Source: a bacterium (GTDB lineage: Bacteria; Krumholzibacteriota; Krumholzibacteriia; LZORAL124-64-63). From it: 64,000 nt of DNA. Both the position numbers and the translations under genes were made by a program. The stretch spans positions 4,077,999 to 4,141,998 of the forward strand of contig JADJQR010000001.1 of the NCBI GenBank assembly GCA_016712675.1. Direction: 5' to 3'. Below, piece by piece: positions 29,582 through 42,207 of this stretch (positions are counted from its first letter, which is position 1; each line of letters opens with the position of its first letter). The notes under the pieces were generated by a model. It was not told the origin of the DNA. It saw only the letters and a program-made list of their open reading frames with translations, and did not search any database.

Positions 29582-29700
29582 GAGGGTTCCTCCCGGCGGG
29601 GACATGCAGGGTCAGGATCGGCTTGCCTGCCGAATCTAGAGGCTGCACGGCGCGTGGACAAGCGCGGGCGACTTCGGCGGCCCTGCCTTCCTGCCAACAC

Positions 29701-31119
29701 CTACTTCAGGAGCGTGATCTTCACCTCGCGCTCGCCGTCGGCGTCCACCAGCCGCGCGCAATAGACACCGGCCGGCACCGCAAGGCCGGCGTCGTCACGC
29801 CCATCCCAGGTCGCGGTCGTCGGTCCGGCCGCCAGCGTGCCGTCCAGCAACGTGCGCACGTGCCCGCCGCGCACGTCGTGGATCACCAGTTGTGCCGGCC
29901 CGGACCGGTCCACCGTGAACGAGATCTCGACGCGCGGGTTGAACGGGTTCGGCCAGGCGGCCAGGGCTCCGCGCGCCGGCGGCACCGCGATACCCGCCGC
30001 CGCATCGCAGTGGAGCGGATAGGGTCCGTGCCCGGTCACCAGCCAGCCGTCGCGCACCTCCACGCCCCGGGCAACCGTGGCACTGCCGTCGCCGATGTGG
30101 GTGGGGGTGGACGGATCGCTCACGTCGTAGGCGGCAAAGCCGCCGTCGTAGACGACATCGCCGCTCCAGACGGCGGGCTTGTCGCTGTACGCGCCGAACA
30201 GGCTGCTGACGGCGACCGGAGCGCCGGGCCCCTTCAGGCGGTGGATCTGCATCTGCCGGGTGGAGCTGCCGAACCTCAACACGGCCAGGTCGCCGCTCAG
30301 AGAGAGGCTGCCGACGCGGCCCGGGATGGTGAACGCCAGGACCGGATGGTCGAGATCGCTCACGTTCAGGGCGCACATCTGCGTGCTCGTCGAGAAGTAG
30401 ACGATGTCGCCATCCCGGCCCAGCCAGCGCGTGACCGCGGACGCGACGGCGCCGCGCGCCACCGGCGCCGATGGCACGCCGAAGTCGATCGCCTGCACCT
30501 GCGCACCGCCGAGGCCCACCAGCGCCACGTCGTCCGTCAGCGCGAACGGCCCGGGGCCCGGGTCCACGGCGCCGGCGAAGAAGCCGATCTCGCTGATGTC
30601 TCCGGGATCGGTGGCGTCGTAGCAGCCCAGCCCGGACACGCCGTCCATCCAGCCGATCGCCGCCTGGAACAGGCGCCGGCCCGACAGCGCCAAGGCACCG
30701 GAGAGCGGTGAGCCGTAGTGGACGGTGCCGGCGTCCGCGTCGATGAAGCGGTAGTCGATGCCCATGCTGTTGCCGTGGCCGACCGCGCACAGGGCGTCGC
30801 TCGCCGCAGCGATGAACTCGCTGTCGCTGAACTCGACGGAATAGCTCACCTCGTCGACCAGGGTTGGCTGCAACGGGTCGCGGACGTCGTAGTAGCGGCA
30901 GGCGCTGAGGCTCGGCACGCTCATGTCCAGCTTCTGCAGGAAGCCGCCTGTCAGTGTGCCGCCGACAACGTTGTGGAACGCCGCGTCATCCCACGAGGTG
31001 ACCGGAACCACGAGCGGCACGCTGCCCCAATCGATGCAGGCGGCAAGGCCCTGCCCGGACAGGGCACCGGCCAGCACGGTCAGAACGAGAATGCCCCTGC
31101 GCGCACGACGCATGTTCAT
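29701..31119 (-). CDS. Secreted LVIVD-repeat beta-propeller protein with a C-terminal FlgD-Ig/T9SS-like sorting domain
   Basis: Signal peptide. Repeated ...GDLAVL / GWLVTG blade motifs. C-terminal WPNPFNPRVEISFTVDRSGPAQLVIHDVRGGHVRTLLDG...[20 protein letters not shown]. Confidence 0.7.
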   Translation of the reverse strand: MNMRRARRGILVLTVLAGALSGQGLAACIDWGSVPLVVPVTSWDDAAFHNVVGGTLTGGFLQKLDMSVPSLSACRYYDVRDPLQPTLVDEVSYSVEFSDSEFIAAASDALCAVGHGNSMGIDYRFIDADAGTVHYGSPLSGALALSGRRLFQAAIGWMDGVSGLGCYDATDPGDISEIGFFAGAVDPGPGPFALTDDVALVGLGGAQVQAIDFGVPSAPVARGAVASAVTRWLGRDGDIVYFSTSTQMCALNVSDLDHPVLAFTIPGRVGSLSLSGDLAVLRFGSSTRQMQIHRLKGPGAPVAVSSLFGAYSDKPAVWSGDVVYDGGFAAYDVSDPSTPTHIGDGSATVARGVEVRDGWLVTGHGPYPLHCDAAAGIAVPPARGALAAWPNPFNPRVEISFTVDRSGPAQLVIHDVRGGHVRTLLDGTLAAGPTTATWDGRDDAGLAVPAGVYCARLVDADGEREVKITLLK

Positions 31120-31399
31120 GCCCTTCCCCCTCTCCCTAGTGGCCGCCCGCCGTGGTGCGAGTGCAGGCGCCCGGCTGCGACCGACGTATACGACTGTACC
31201 ACGACCGGGCCGGCCATTGTGGTCGGAGGGGCGCTTTCACAGCCCCAATCACCCGCGGAGGCGATGGATCATCAAACGATCGCACAGCGGGTCATGTCGC
31301 GCTCACACGAGGCAACCATTCGCGCGCGCAGCGCGTATACTGTCCGCTGTGCCCGCAATGCGACCACACCGGCCACCCCCGACCCGGAGTCCCACCCCC

Positions 31400-32326
31400 A
31401 TGGCGCAACCCAAAGGCTGCCTGAAGTCCTGCGGCATCGGCTGCGCGGCATTCGCCGCCTTGCTGGTGATCGGCGGCGTGATCATCTCGACGCTGGCCTG
31501 GAAGGCGCTCAACGGGGACGGCAAAGGGCGGCCGGCTGCGGATGTGGCCATCGAGGCGCCGGCCGGCTCGGTGAGCGAGCCGATGAGCGCGCGCGCGGCG
31601 CGGCTGACCACCACGCACGGCGGGCGCGTGCGGCTGGTGCTCGGTGAAGGCGAGTTCCGCCTGCGCCCGGCCAAGCCCGGTGAGGGGCTGCATGCGCGCG
31701 CCGAGTACGACTCGACGGTGCATCGCCTGACCGAGCGGTTCAGCGTGCTGCCCGATTCCTCGTGGGAATACCACCTGGACTGCCGGCAAGTGGGCTCCAC
31801 TTCGTTCCTCAAGCAGCTCTTCGGCGGCAAGCGCACGAACGCGAAGGTGACGGTGTACCTCCCGGCCGAGGTGCCCCTGGACCTGGACCTGCACGCGCGC
31901 CGCGGCGGCTGCGAGGCGGACCTGGGCGGGCTGTGGCTGCGCACGGGCGAGATCCGCTTCGACCAGGGCGGGATCGAGCTGGAGTTCAGCAGCCCTCTGC
32001 GCGAACCGATGGAGAGCCTGCGGCTGCAGGCGCGCATGGGCGGCATCTCCGCCAAGCGCGTGGGCAACGCCTCGCCGCGGGCCCTGGACATCGACTGCGC
32101 CATGGGCGGCGGCGATATCGACCTGCGCGGCGCCTGGCGCGGCGACTGCGTGGCCCGCGCCTCGGCGCGCATGGGCGGGGTCAGCCTGCAGGTGCCGGCC
32201 GAGATGCGGGTCGAGGGGCATGGCGCTTCCGAGCCGTCGCTGGCCGCCTCGAACGCCGAAGTGCCGGCGCCGGTGCTGCGGCTGACGGTCGACGCGAAGA
32301 TGGGCGAAATCGAAGTAACAAGATAG
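31400..32326 (+). CDS. Membrane-anchored protein with DUF4097/LiaF-like repetitive beta-rich C-terminal domain
   Basis: N-terminal transmembrane segment CGIGCAAFAALLVIGGVIISTLAW. Repeated GG(I/V)(S/D)x(R/K)-type segments (MGGISAKRVGN, MGGGDIDLRG, MGGVSLQVP). Confidence 0.55.
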   Translation: MAQPKGCLKSCGIGCAAFAALLVIGGVIISTLAWKALNGDGKGRPAADVAIEAPAGSVSEPMSARAARLTTTHGGRVRLVLGEGEFRLRPAKPGEGLHARAEYDSTVHRLTERFSVLPDSSWEYHLDCRQVGSTSFLKQLFGGKRTNAKVTVYLPAEVPLDLDLHARRGGCEADLGGLWLRTGEIRFDQGGIELEFSSPLREPMESLRLQARMGGISAKRVGNASPRALDIDCAMGGGDIDLRGAWRGDCVARASARMGGVSLQVPAEMRVEGHGASEPSLAASNAEVPAPVLRLTVDAKMGEIEVTR

Positions 32327-32515
32327 GTACAGCCGGCAATGCCGACGTCCAGGCGGTGGCGCACCTTTATTGCGACTGCCTTTGAATTTCTTTCTCAGCA
32401 ATAACTTGGATAAACGATGAATTGACACCCTTTGCCGCACCCCTGTAACTTCCTTTAACAGGAACGGACTGGGGATGACGTTCCTTCCCGGACTCTCGCC
32501 GTCAGGAACCTGCCC

Positions 32516-33661
<1,146 letters not shown>

Positions 33662-33665
33662 CTCC

Positions 33666-34127
33666 ATGGCGGTCAGCAAGCCGATCACGATCCTGTACGC
33701 CGAGGACGACGAGGAGGACCGCACGCTGGTCCTCGAGGCGATGCGGGAAAGTCGCCTGGGCAACCACATCGTGACCGTCAGCGATGGCGAAGAGCTGCTC
33801 GAGTACCTGCAGTGCAAGGGCCGTTACTCGGGGCGGGCCCCGGGCTTGCCCGGGCTCATCCTGCTGGACCTGAACATGCCGCGGCTGGACGGCCGCGAGG
33901 CATTGCGCGAGATCAAGGCGGACGCGGACCTGCGCCGCATCCCGGTCATCGTGCTGACGACCTCGCGGGCCGAGGAGGACATCCTGCGCACCTATGACCT
34001 GGGCATCAGCTCGTTCATCGTCAAGCCCGTGACCTTCGACAGCCTGGTCGACACGGTGCGCACGCTGGACAAGTACTGGCTGGAAATCGTGGAACTGCCC
34101 GTACCCCGGCAGTCGACGGGCGGTTGA
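33666..34127 (+). CDS. Single-domain CheY-like response regulator
   Basis: EDDEED acidic pocket, phospho-acceptor LILLDLNMP, T (VLTTS) and K (FIVKP) residues. Confidence 0.85.
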   Translation: MAVSKPITILYAEDDEEDRTLVLEAMRESRLGNHIVTVSDGEELLEYLQCKGRYSGRAPGLPGLILLDLNMPRLDGREALREIKADADLRRIPVIVLTTSRAEEDILRTYDLGISSFIVKPVTFDSLVDTVRTLDKYWLEIVELPVPRQSTGG

Positions 34128-34128
34128 G

Positions 34129-35025
34129 ATGGCGGACAATCGCGATATCCGCATCCTGCTCGTGGAGGACGACCAGGAGGACGCCGGGCTGGTGGTCTCG
34201 CTGCTGGAAGACGACTCCGCCCCCCGGTTCCTGGTCACCACGCGAACCACGCTGACGGCCGCGCTCGACGAACTGGACAACGCCACGCCCGACGCCATCC
34301 TGCTGGACTTGTCGCTGCCCGACAGCCAGGGCTTCGAGGGCCTTCGCGAGCTGGGGCGACGGCACCGGGGCGTACCCGTGGTCGTGCTGACGGGCCTCAC
34401 GGACGCGAACGCCGGGCTGGATGCGCTCGGCCTGGGCGCCGAGGACTACCTGCTCAAGGCCGGACTGAATCGCGAACTCCTGGTGCGGGCGCTCCGCTAC
34501 GCCAGGGAGCGCCGCGCGCTGCAGTGCCAGATCGAGGAGCTGCGCGAGCAGGAGCGCCGCGACCGCGAGCAGGCGGCGCTCGAACGACTGCTGGCGCCGT
34601 CGCGCACGGCGGTCACCGCGCACTTCTACGGCGCGAACGAACTGGCCGAATCCGCGCCGCAGCTGTTCGGCGAGCTGGTCACGCGCTACGGCCAGCTCCT
34701 GGAAGCGCACTTCTCGGATGCGTCGCGCGCCGGCGAACGGGCCATGTCGCGCGAACTGCAGGTGATGTCCGAGAGCCTGGGCCTGATGTACGCCGGCCCG
34801 CGCGACGTCATCCGCATGCACCAGGAGGCGCTGCGGCTGTACACCGCCACCGCGACCGACCACCTGGCCCGCGCAATGAGCAACGAAGGACGACTGATGC
34901 TGGTCGAGCTGATGGGCTACCTCGTGGCCTGGTACCGCCGCCAGGCCACCGGCCTGACCATCCAGCCCCCCGCATCCGCCGCGCCCTCGGCGCCGCGCGA
35001 GCTCGCACCGGGAAAGGAGCGCTGA
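34129..35025 (+). CDS. KaiA-like protein: canonical receiver domain fused to a KaiA C-terminal-like helical domain
   Basis: N-terminal REC with conserved DD, D (ILLDLSLPD), T (VLTG) and K (YLLKA). The C-terminal ~110 aa, RYGQLLEAHFSDASRAGERAMSRELQVMSESLGLMYAGPRDVIRMHQEALRLY...EGRLMLVELMGYLVAWYRRQ, aligns with the KaiA dimerisation/KaiC-binding domain (YRNILLEYFFSGD...VVEIHMELMDEF...EGRSEDILLDYRLTLIDVIAHLCEMYRRS). It sits directly upstream of kaiB. Confidence 0.6.
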   Translation: MADNRDIRILLVEDDQEDAGLVVSLLEDDSAPRFLVTTRTTLTAALDELDNATPDAILLDLSLPDSQGFEGLRELGRRHRGVPVVVLTGLTDANAGLDALGLGAEDYLLKAGLNRELLVRALRYARERRALQCQIEELREQERRDREQAALERLLAPSRTAVTAHFYGANELAESAPQLFGELVTRYGQLLEAHFSDASRAGERAMSRELQVMSESLGLMYAGPRDVIRMHQEALRLYTATATDHLARAMSNEGRLMLVELMGYLVAWYRRQATGLTIQPPASAAPSAPRELAPGKER

Positions 35026-35027
35026 CC

Positions 35028-35357
35028 TTGCCCACGCTGGCTTTCGAATTGTTCGTCATGGGCCGGACGCGGCAGTCGCTGGCCGCCATCCGGAACCTGC
35101 GCGCCTACTTCGCGGAGTTCCCCGACCTGGACTACGAGCTGACGATCGTCGACGTGCTCGAGCAGCCGGATCGTGCCGAGGAATCCCGCATCCTGGCCAC
35201 GCCCACGCTGGTTCGCCTGATGCCGCTGCCGTCGCTGCGCATCATCGGCGATCTGTCGGAGAAGGAGATCGTCTGGCAGACGATCGGCCTGCTCAGCGAC
35301 GACAGCGCGCGCCCCGGGAGCCACCCCAACGACGAGGGATCCAGCCATGATCGATAA
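35028..35357 (+). CDS. kaiB: Circadian clock protein KaiB homologue
   Basis: TTG start. LAFELFVMGRTRQSLAAIRNLRAYF...ILATPTLVRLMPLPSLRIIGDLS matches KaiB (YVLKLYVAGNTPNS...[23 protein letters not shown]). It overlaps the kaiC start. Confidence 0.8.
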   Translation: MPTLAFELFVMGRTRQSLAAIRNLRAYFAEFPDLDYELTIVDVLEQPDRAEESRILATPTLVRLMPLPSLRIIGDLSEKEIVWQTIGLLSDDSARPGSHPNDEGSSHDR

Positions 35358-36858
35358 GGCGATGGGACTGCCCAAGCTGCCGACCGGCATCCCTGGCTTC
35401 GACAGCATCACGAACGGCGGTCTGCCCGAGCACCGCACGACGCTCATGTCCGGCACCGCCGGCAGCGCCAAGACCGTGTTCGGCTGCCAGTACCTGGCCT
35501 CCGGCATCGAGCAGGCCGGCCAGGCGGGCGTCTTCGTCACCTTCGAGGAGCCACCGGCCGACATCCGCCGGAACATGCTCGGCTTCGGCTGGGACATCGC
35601 CGCCTGGGAGGCGGCCGGCAAGTGGGCGTTCGTCGACGTGTCGCCGCAACTGACCGACGAGACCGTGATCGGCGGCGAGTACGACCTGGGCGCCCTGCTG
35701 GCCCGCATGGAGAACGCGGTGAACCGCATCGGCGCCGAGCGACTGGTCATGGACTCGCTCGGGGCGGTGTTCACGCAGATCGCCCAGTCCAAGATCGTGC
35801 GCAACGAGATGCTGCGCATCACGACGGCCCTGAAGAAGCTGGGCGTCACCTCCATCCTCACCGCCGAGCGGACCGAGGAGTTCGGTGCCATCGCCCGCTA
35901 CGGCATCGAGGAGTTCGTCACCGACAACGTGGTCGTGCTGCGCAACATCCTGGAGGACGAGAAGCGGCGCCGGACCATCGAGATCCTCAAGTTCCGCGGC
36001 ACCGACCACCAGAAGGGCGAGTACCCGTTCACGATCCACCCGAAGGGCGGCATCATCGTGCTGCCGCTGTCGGCCCTGGAGCTGAAGCAGCAGTCGACGG
36101 ACCTGCGCATCAGCTCGGGCAACACGGTCCTGGACGACATGTGCGGGGGCGGCTTCTTCCGCGACTCGGTGATCCTGGTCTCGGGCGCCACCGGCACCGG
36201 CAAGACGCTGACCGTGACCCAGTTCATCAACGGCGGCGCCGCGCAGGGCGAGCGGTGCCTGCTGTTCGCATTCGAGGAAAGCCGCGAGCAGCTGTTCCGC
36301 AATGCTCGCGGCTGGGGCCTGGACTTCCGTGAACTGGAGGAGTCAGGCTGCCTGCGCGTCATCTGCACGTACCCGGAAGTGGCCGGCCTCGAGGACCACC
36401 TCGTGGCGATGAAGGCCGAGATCGAGACGTTCAAGCCCAACCGCGTCGCCGTCGACAGCCTGTCGGCGCTCGAGCGCGTGGGCACCGTCAAGGGCTTCCG
36501 CGAGTTCGTGATCGGGCTGACGTCGTTCATCAAGCACCACGAGATGGCCGGCCTGTTCACGGCCACCACCCCCACCCTGCTGGGCGGCGCTTCGGTCACC
36601 GAGGCGCACATCTCGACGATCACCGACTCCATCCTCCTGCTGCGCTACGTGGAGATGTACGGCGTCATGCGCCGCGGCATGACGGTGCTGAAGATGCGCG
36701 GCTCGATGCATGACAAGGAGATCCGCGAGGTCTCGATCGACAGCAGCGGCATGCACATCGGCGCGCCGTTCCGCAACGTGTCGGGCATCCTGGCCGGCGT
36801 GCCCGTGCACGCCTCCGAGCGCGAGATCGCCCGGCTCAACGACATGTTCGGGCAATGA
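35347..36858 (+). CDS. kaiC: Circadian clock protein KaiC homologue (double RecA-like ATPase)
   Basis: CI and CII Walker A motifs GTAGSAKT and GATGTGKT. Conserved phosphosite context EAHISTITD. A C-terminal A-loop/tail-like extension, FRNVSGILAGVPVHASEREIARLNDMF. Confidence 0.9.
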   Translation: MIDKAMGLPKLPTGIPGFDSITNGGLPEHRTTLMSGTAGSAKTVFGCQYLASGIEQAGQAGVFVTFEEPPADIRRNMLGFGWDIAAWEAAGKWAFVDVSPQLTDETVIGGEYDLGALLARMENAVNRIGAERLVMDSLGAVFTQIAQSKIVRNEMLRITTALKKLGVTSILTAERTEEFGAIARYGIEEFVTDNVVVLRNILEDEKRRRTIEILKFRGTDHQKGEYPFTIHPKGGIIVLPLSALELKQQSTDLRISSGNTVLDDMCGGGFFRDSVILVSGATGTGKTLTVTQFINGGAAQGERCLLFAFEESREQLFRNARGWGLDFRELEESGCLRVICTYPEVAGLEDHLVAMKAEIETFKPNRVAVDSLSALERVGTVKGFREFVIGLTSFIKHHEMAGLFTATTPTLLGGASVTEAHISTITDSILLLRYVEMYGVMRRGMTVLKMRGSMHDKEIREVSIDSSGMHIGAPFRNVSGILAGVPVHASEREIARLNDMFGQ

Positions 36859-38798
36859 GCCTGGTGAACGACCGGCAGCGGCGCGAGGATCTGGACGTCC
36901 TCCTCATCGAGGACGATGCCGACGATCGCGCACTGGTCCGCGAGATCCTGGCCGAGGTCTGCCTGGGTCCGTCCGGCGCCGGCCGCTGCCGGCAGAGCGA
37001 CGCCGCGACGCTGGCCGAGGCGCTGGCGATCCTGGGCGAGACGTCCTTCGACGTGATCCTCCTGGACCTGCACCTGCCGGACGCGGCCGGCCTGGAGGCG
37101 CTGGTCCGGGTGACGTCGGCCCAGGGCCTGGCGCCCGTTCTGATCCTGACCGACCTGCACGACGAGGCGGCCGGCCTGGCCGCGGTCCGCGAGGGCGCCC
37201 AGGACTTCCTGGTGAAGGACCGGCTGGACGGCCCGCGGCTGGGGCGGGCGATCGCCTACGCCATCGAGCGCCACCGGATGCGGCGCGAGGTCGCGATACG
37301 GGCGCGCGAGCTGTCGGCCAGCGAGGACCGGCTGCGCCGGCTCATCGCCGCGGCTCCCGACGGGATCGTCATCACCGACCGCGAGGGTGTAGTCGCCTTC
37401 TGCAACCCCGCCGCCGAGGTGCTCTTCAACCGGCCGCGCTCGGCGCTGATCGGCAGTCCGCTGGGCCTGCCGGTCGACGGCAGCCGCAATGAACTGGAAC
37501 TGCGCCGGCCGGACGGGCGTCCGCTGACGGCGGAGATGCGCGTGGCGCCGGTCGAGTGGCTCGGCCTGCCGGGCTACCTGGCGAACTTCCGCGACATCTC
37601 GGCGCACAAGGAGACGCTGCAGCAGCTGGACGACATGCGCGTGCGTCAGATCATGGTCCGCGACCAGTTCCTGTCGCACGTCTCGCACGAACTGCGGACG
37701 CCGCTGACGGTGGCCCAGCAATGGGTCGCGCTCCTGCGCGACGGCCTGATCGGAGCGGTCAGCGACGAGCAGAAGACGGCGCTGGAGACCGTGCTGCGCA
37801 ACTGCCGCCATCTCGAGAAGCTGATCGAGGACCTGCTCGAGGCACAACGCAGCGAGACCGGCAAACTGCGCGTTGAGCCGCTGCGCGCCCCGCTCCGTGG
37901 GCTTGTCGACGACGCCATCGCCTCGGTGCGGGCGGCCCAGCGCACCGATACGGTCCGCTTCGGCGCCGACCTGCCGAACGCGCTGCCGGACCTGCTGGCC
38001 GACCCGGGCCGCATCCGGCAGGTGCTGATCAACCTGTTGAGCAACGCCGCGCGCTTCACGCCCGCCGACGGCTCGATCACGGTCACGGCGATGATGGAGC
38101 CCCATGCCCCGGGCGAAATGCGCGTCTCGGTCAACGACACCGGCTGCGGCATCCCGCCCGCGGAGCAGGAGCGCATCTTCGAGCACCTCTACCAGCGCGA
38201 GACCGAGACGGAGATCGGCCGGCGTGGACTGGGGCTGGGCCTGTACATCTGCCGCCAGATCGTCACGCAGCACGGAGGGCGCATCTGGCTGGATAGCACC
38301 GAGGGGCGTGGCAGCACGTTCCACTTCACGGTGCCGGTGTTCTCCTGCCGCGCGATGCTCGCGAAGCTCCCGGTGCACGCCACCGGCGGCGGCGCCCTGT
38401 GCCTGGTGGGCATCGATGCACGCCCGGTCGGCGGCCCGCTGCAGGCTTTCGAGGTGCGGTACCTCGACGCCATGCGGCGCGTGGCCGGAGAGTGCCTGAT
38501 GCCCGACCGCGACCTCCTGCTGCCGCGCCTGACCTGCGACGAGCAGGGGGAGCTTGCCTTCATCGTCGCCACCGCCGATGCCGCCGGAACCGCCGTACTC
38601 GTGGACCGGCTGCGCAACCAGCTTGAGGCTGCCGGGGACACGGGGGCAACGCGCCTGGACTTCCGCTTCGATGCGGCCCCCCTGGCGGTGGTGCCTCGGA
38701 TTGGACGGGCGACCGATGCCTGGCTGGACGAAGCCGCTCTTGCCCTCCAGGACGAGCTGGAGCGCATGACACGGGCGGCCGGGCGCCAGCTCGACTGA
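36855..38798 (+). CDS. Hybrid REC-PAS-histidine kinase with a C-terminal ~190-aa domain of unknown function
   Basis: N-terminal receiver (LLIEDDADD...ILLDLHLPD...FLVKD), PAS domain, H-box VSHELRTPL and HATPase_c (NLLSNAARF, DTGCGI, GLGLGLYICR). ATGA overlap with the kaiC stop. Confidence 0.85.
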   Translation: MSLVNDRQRREDLDVLLIEDDADDRALVREILAEVCLGPSGAGRCRQSDAATLAEALAILGETSFDVILLDLHLPDAAGLEALVRVTSAQGLAPVLILTDLHDEAAGLAAVREGAQDFLVKDRLDGPRLGRAIAYAIERHRMRREVAIRARELSASEDRLRRLIAAAPDGIVITDREGVVAFCNPAAEVLFNRPRSALIGSPLGLPVDGSRNELELRRPDGRPLTAEMRVAPVEWLGLPGYLANFRDISAHKETLQQLDDMRVRQIMVRDQFLSHVSHELRTPLTVAQQWVALLRDGLIGAVSDEQKTALETVLRNCRHLEKLIEDLLEAQRSETGKLRVEPLRAPLRGLVDDAIASVRAAQRTDTVRFGADLPNALPDLLADPGRIRQVLINLLSNAARFTPADGSITVTAMMEPHAPGEMRVSVNDTGCGIPPAEQERIFEHLYQRETETEIGRRGLGLGLYICRQIVTQHGGRIWLDSTEGRGSTFHFTVPVFSCRAMLAKLPVHATGGGALCLVGIDARPVGGPLQAFEVRYLDAMRRVAGECLMPDRDLLLPRLTCDEQGELAFIVATADAAGTAVLVDRLRNQLEAAGDTGATRLDFRFDAAPLAVVPRIGRATDAWLDEAALALQDELERMTRAAGRQLD

Positions 38799-38977
38799 AG
38801 CGCGCGAACGCCGGGCATCTGCCGGGGCGCCCGCGGCAACCGCCAGACAACGCACCGTCTTCCCGCTAAAGTTTGCCCGTATGTATCCGATGACCCCGCT
38901 CGGCATGGCCGCCGCCATGGATCTCACCGCGCGTGTGCCCAGCCGGCAGGGCCACGGTGTCTGCGAAAGGGTCTACG

Positions 38978-39373
38978 ATGAGTCGAGCTCGCATCCTGCT
39001 GGTGGACGACGACGCCGACCTGCTCGAGGCCGTGCGTATCCGCCTGCGATCCGCCGGCTACGAGGTGCACACGGCCGGCGACGGCGTCCAGGCCACGCGC
39101 CTGGCGCGCCTCGAGCAACCCGACCTGGTGGTGCTGGATATCGGCATGCCCGGGGGCGACGGTCACACCGTGGCCAACCGTCTGAAGAACGACCCGGTCA
39201 CGATGTTCACGCCGATCGTGTTCCTGACCGCGCGCACGAACGAGAGCGACTTCGAGCGCGCGCGGCAGAACCACGTGGACAAGTACCTGGTCAAGCCGTT
39301 CCAGGTGGACGAACTGGTGCTGGCGGTCGATGAGCTCGTGGAACGGGCCGCGCGGGCGAGCCTCGCCGTCTGA
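38978..39373 (+). CDS. Single-domain CheY-like response regulator
   Basis: ILLVDDDADLLEAV...VVLDIGMPGGDGH...VFLTAR...YLVKP. Confidence 0.85.
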   Translation: MSRARILLVDDDADLLEAVRIRLRSAGYEVHTAGDGVQATRLARLEQPDLVVLDIGMPGGDGHTVANRLKNDPVTMFTPIVFLTARTNESDFERARQNHVDKYLVKPFQVDELVLAVDELVERAARASLAV

Positions 39374-39415
39374 CGGACGGCCGCGCACCGACGGACCGGT
39401 CACGAACGCCGCCGC

Positions 39416-42037
<2,622 letters not shown>

Positions 42038-42207
42038 CGGTCTTCCCGGGTTCGGGGCAGGGCGGCGTGGGCGGGACGGCCCGGGCCTTCCCCCAATATG
42101 GGCGGAATCGCGGGATTCGTCACGCCGTGGACGCGGCAGGGCGGCCCGGGCCGGGGCCGATCGCCCCCGCGCAGGCCGCCCTGCGGCAGCTCGCCCCGGC
42201 GGCGGGG

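Noticed and set aside
36645-38927. 760-aa minus-strand ORF
   Set aside because: It is antisense to the REC-PAS-HK gene, and there is no recognisable domain.
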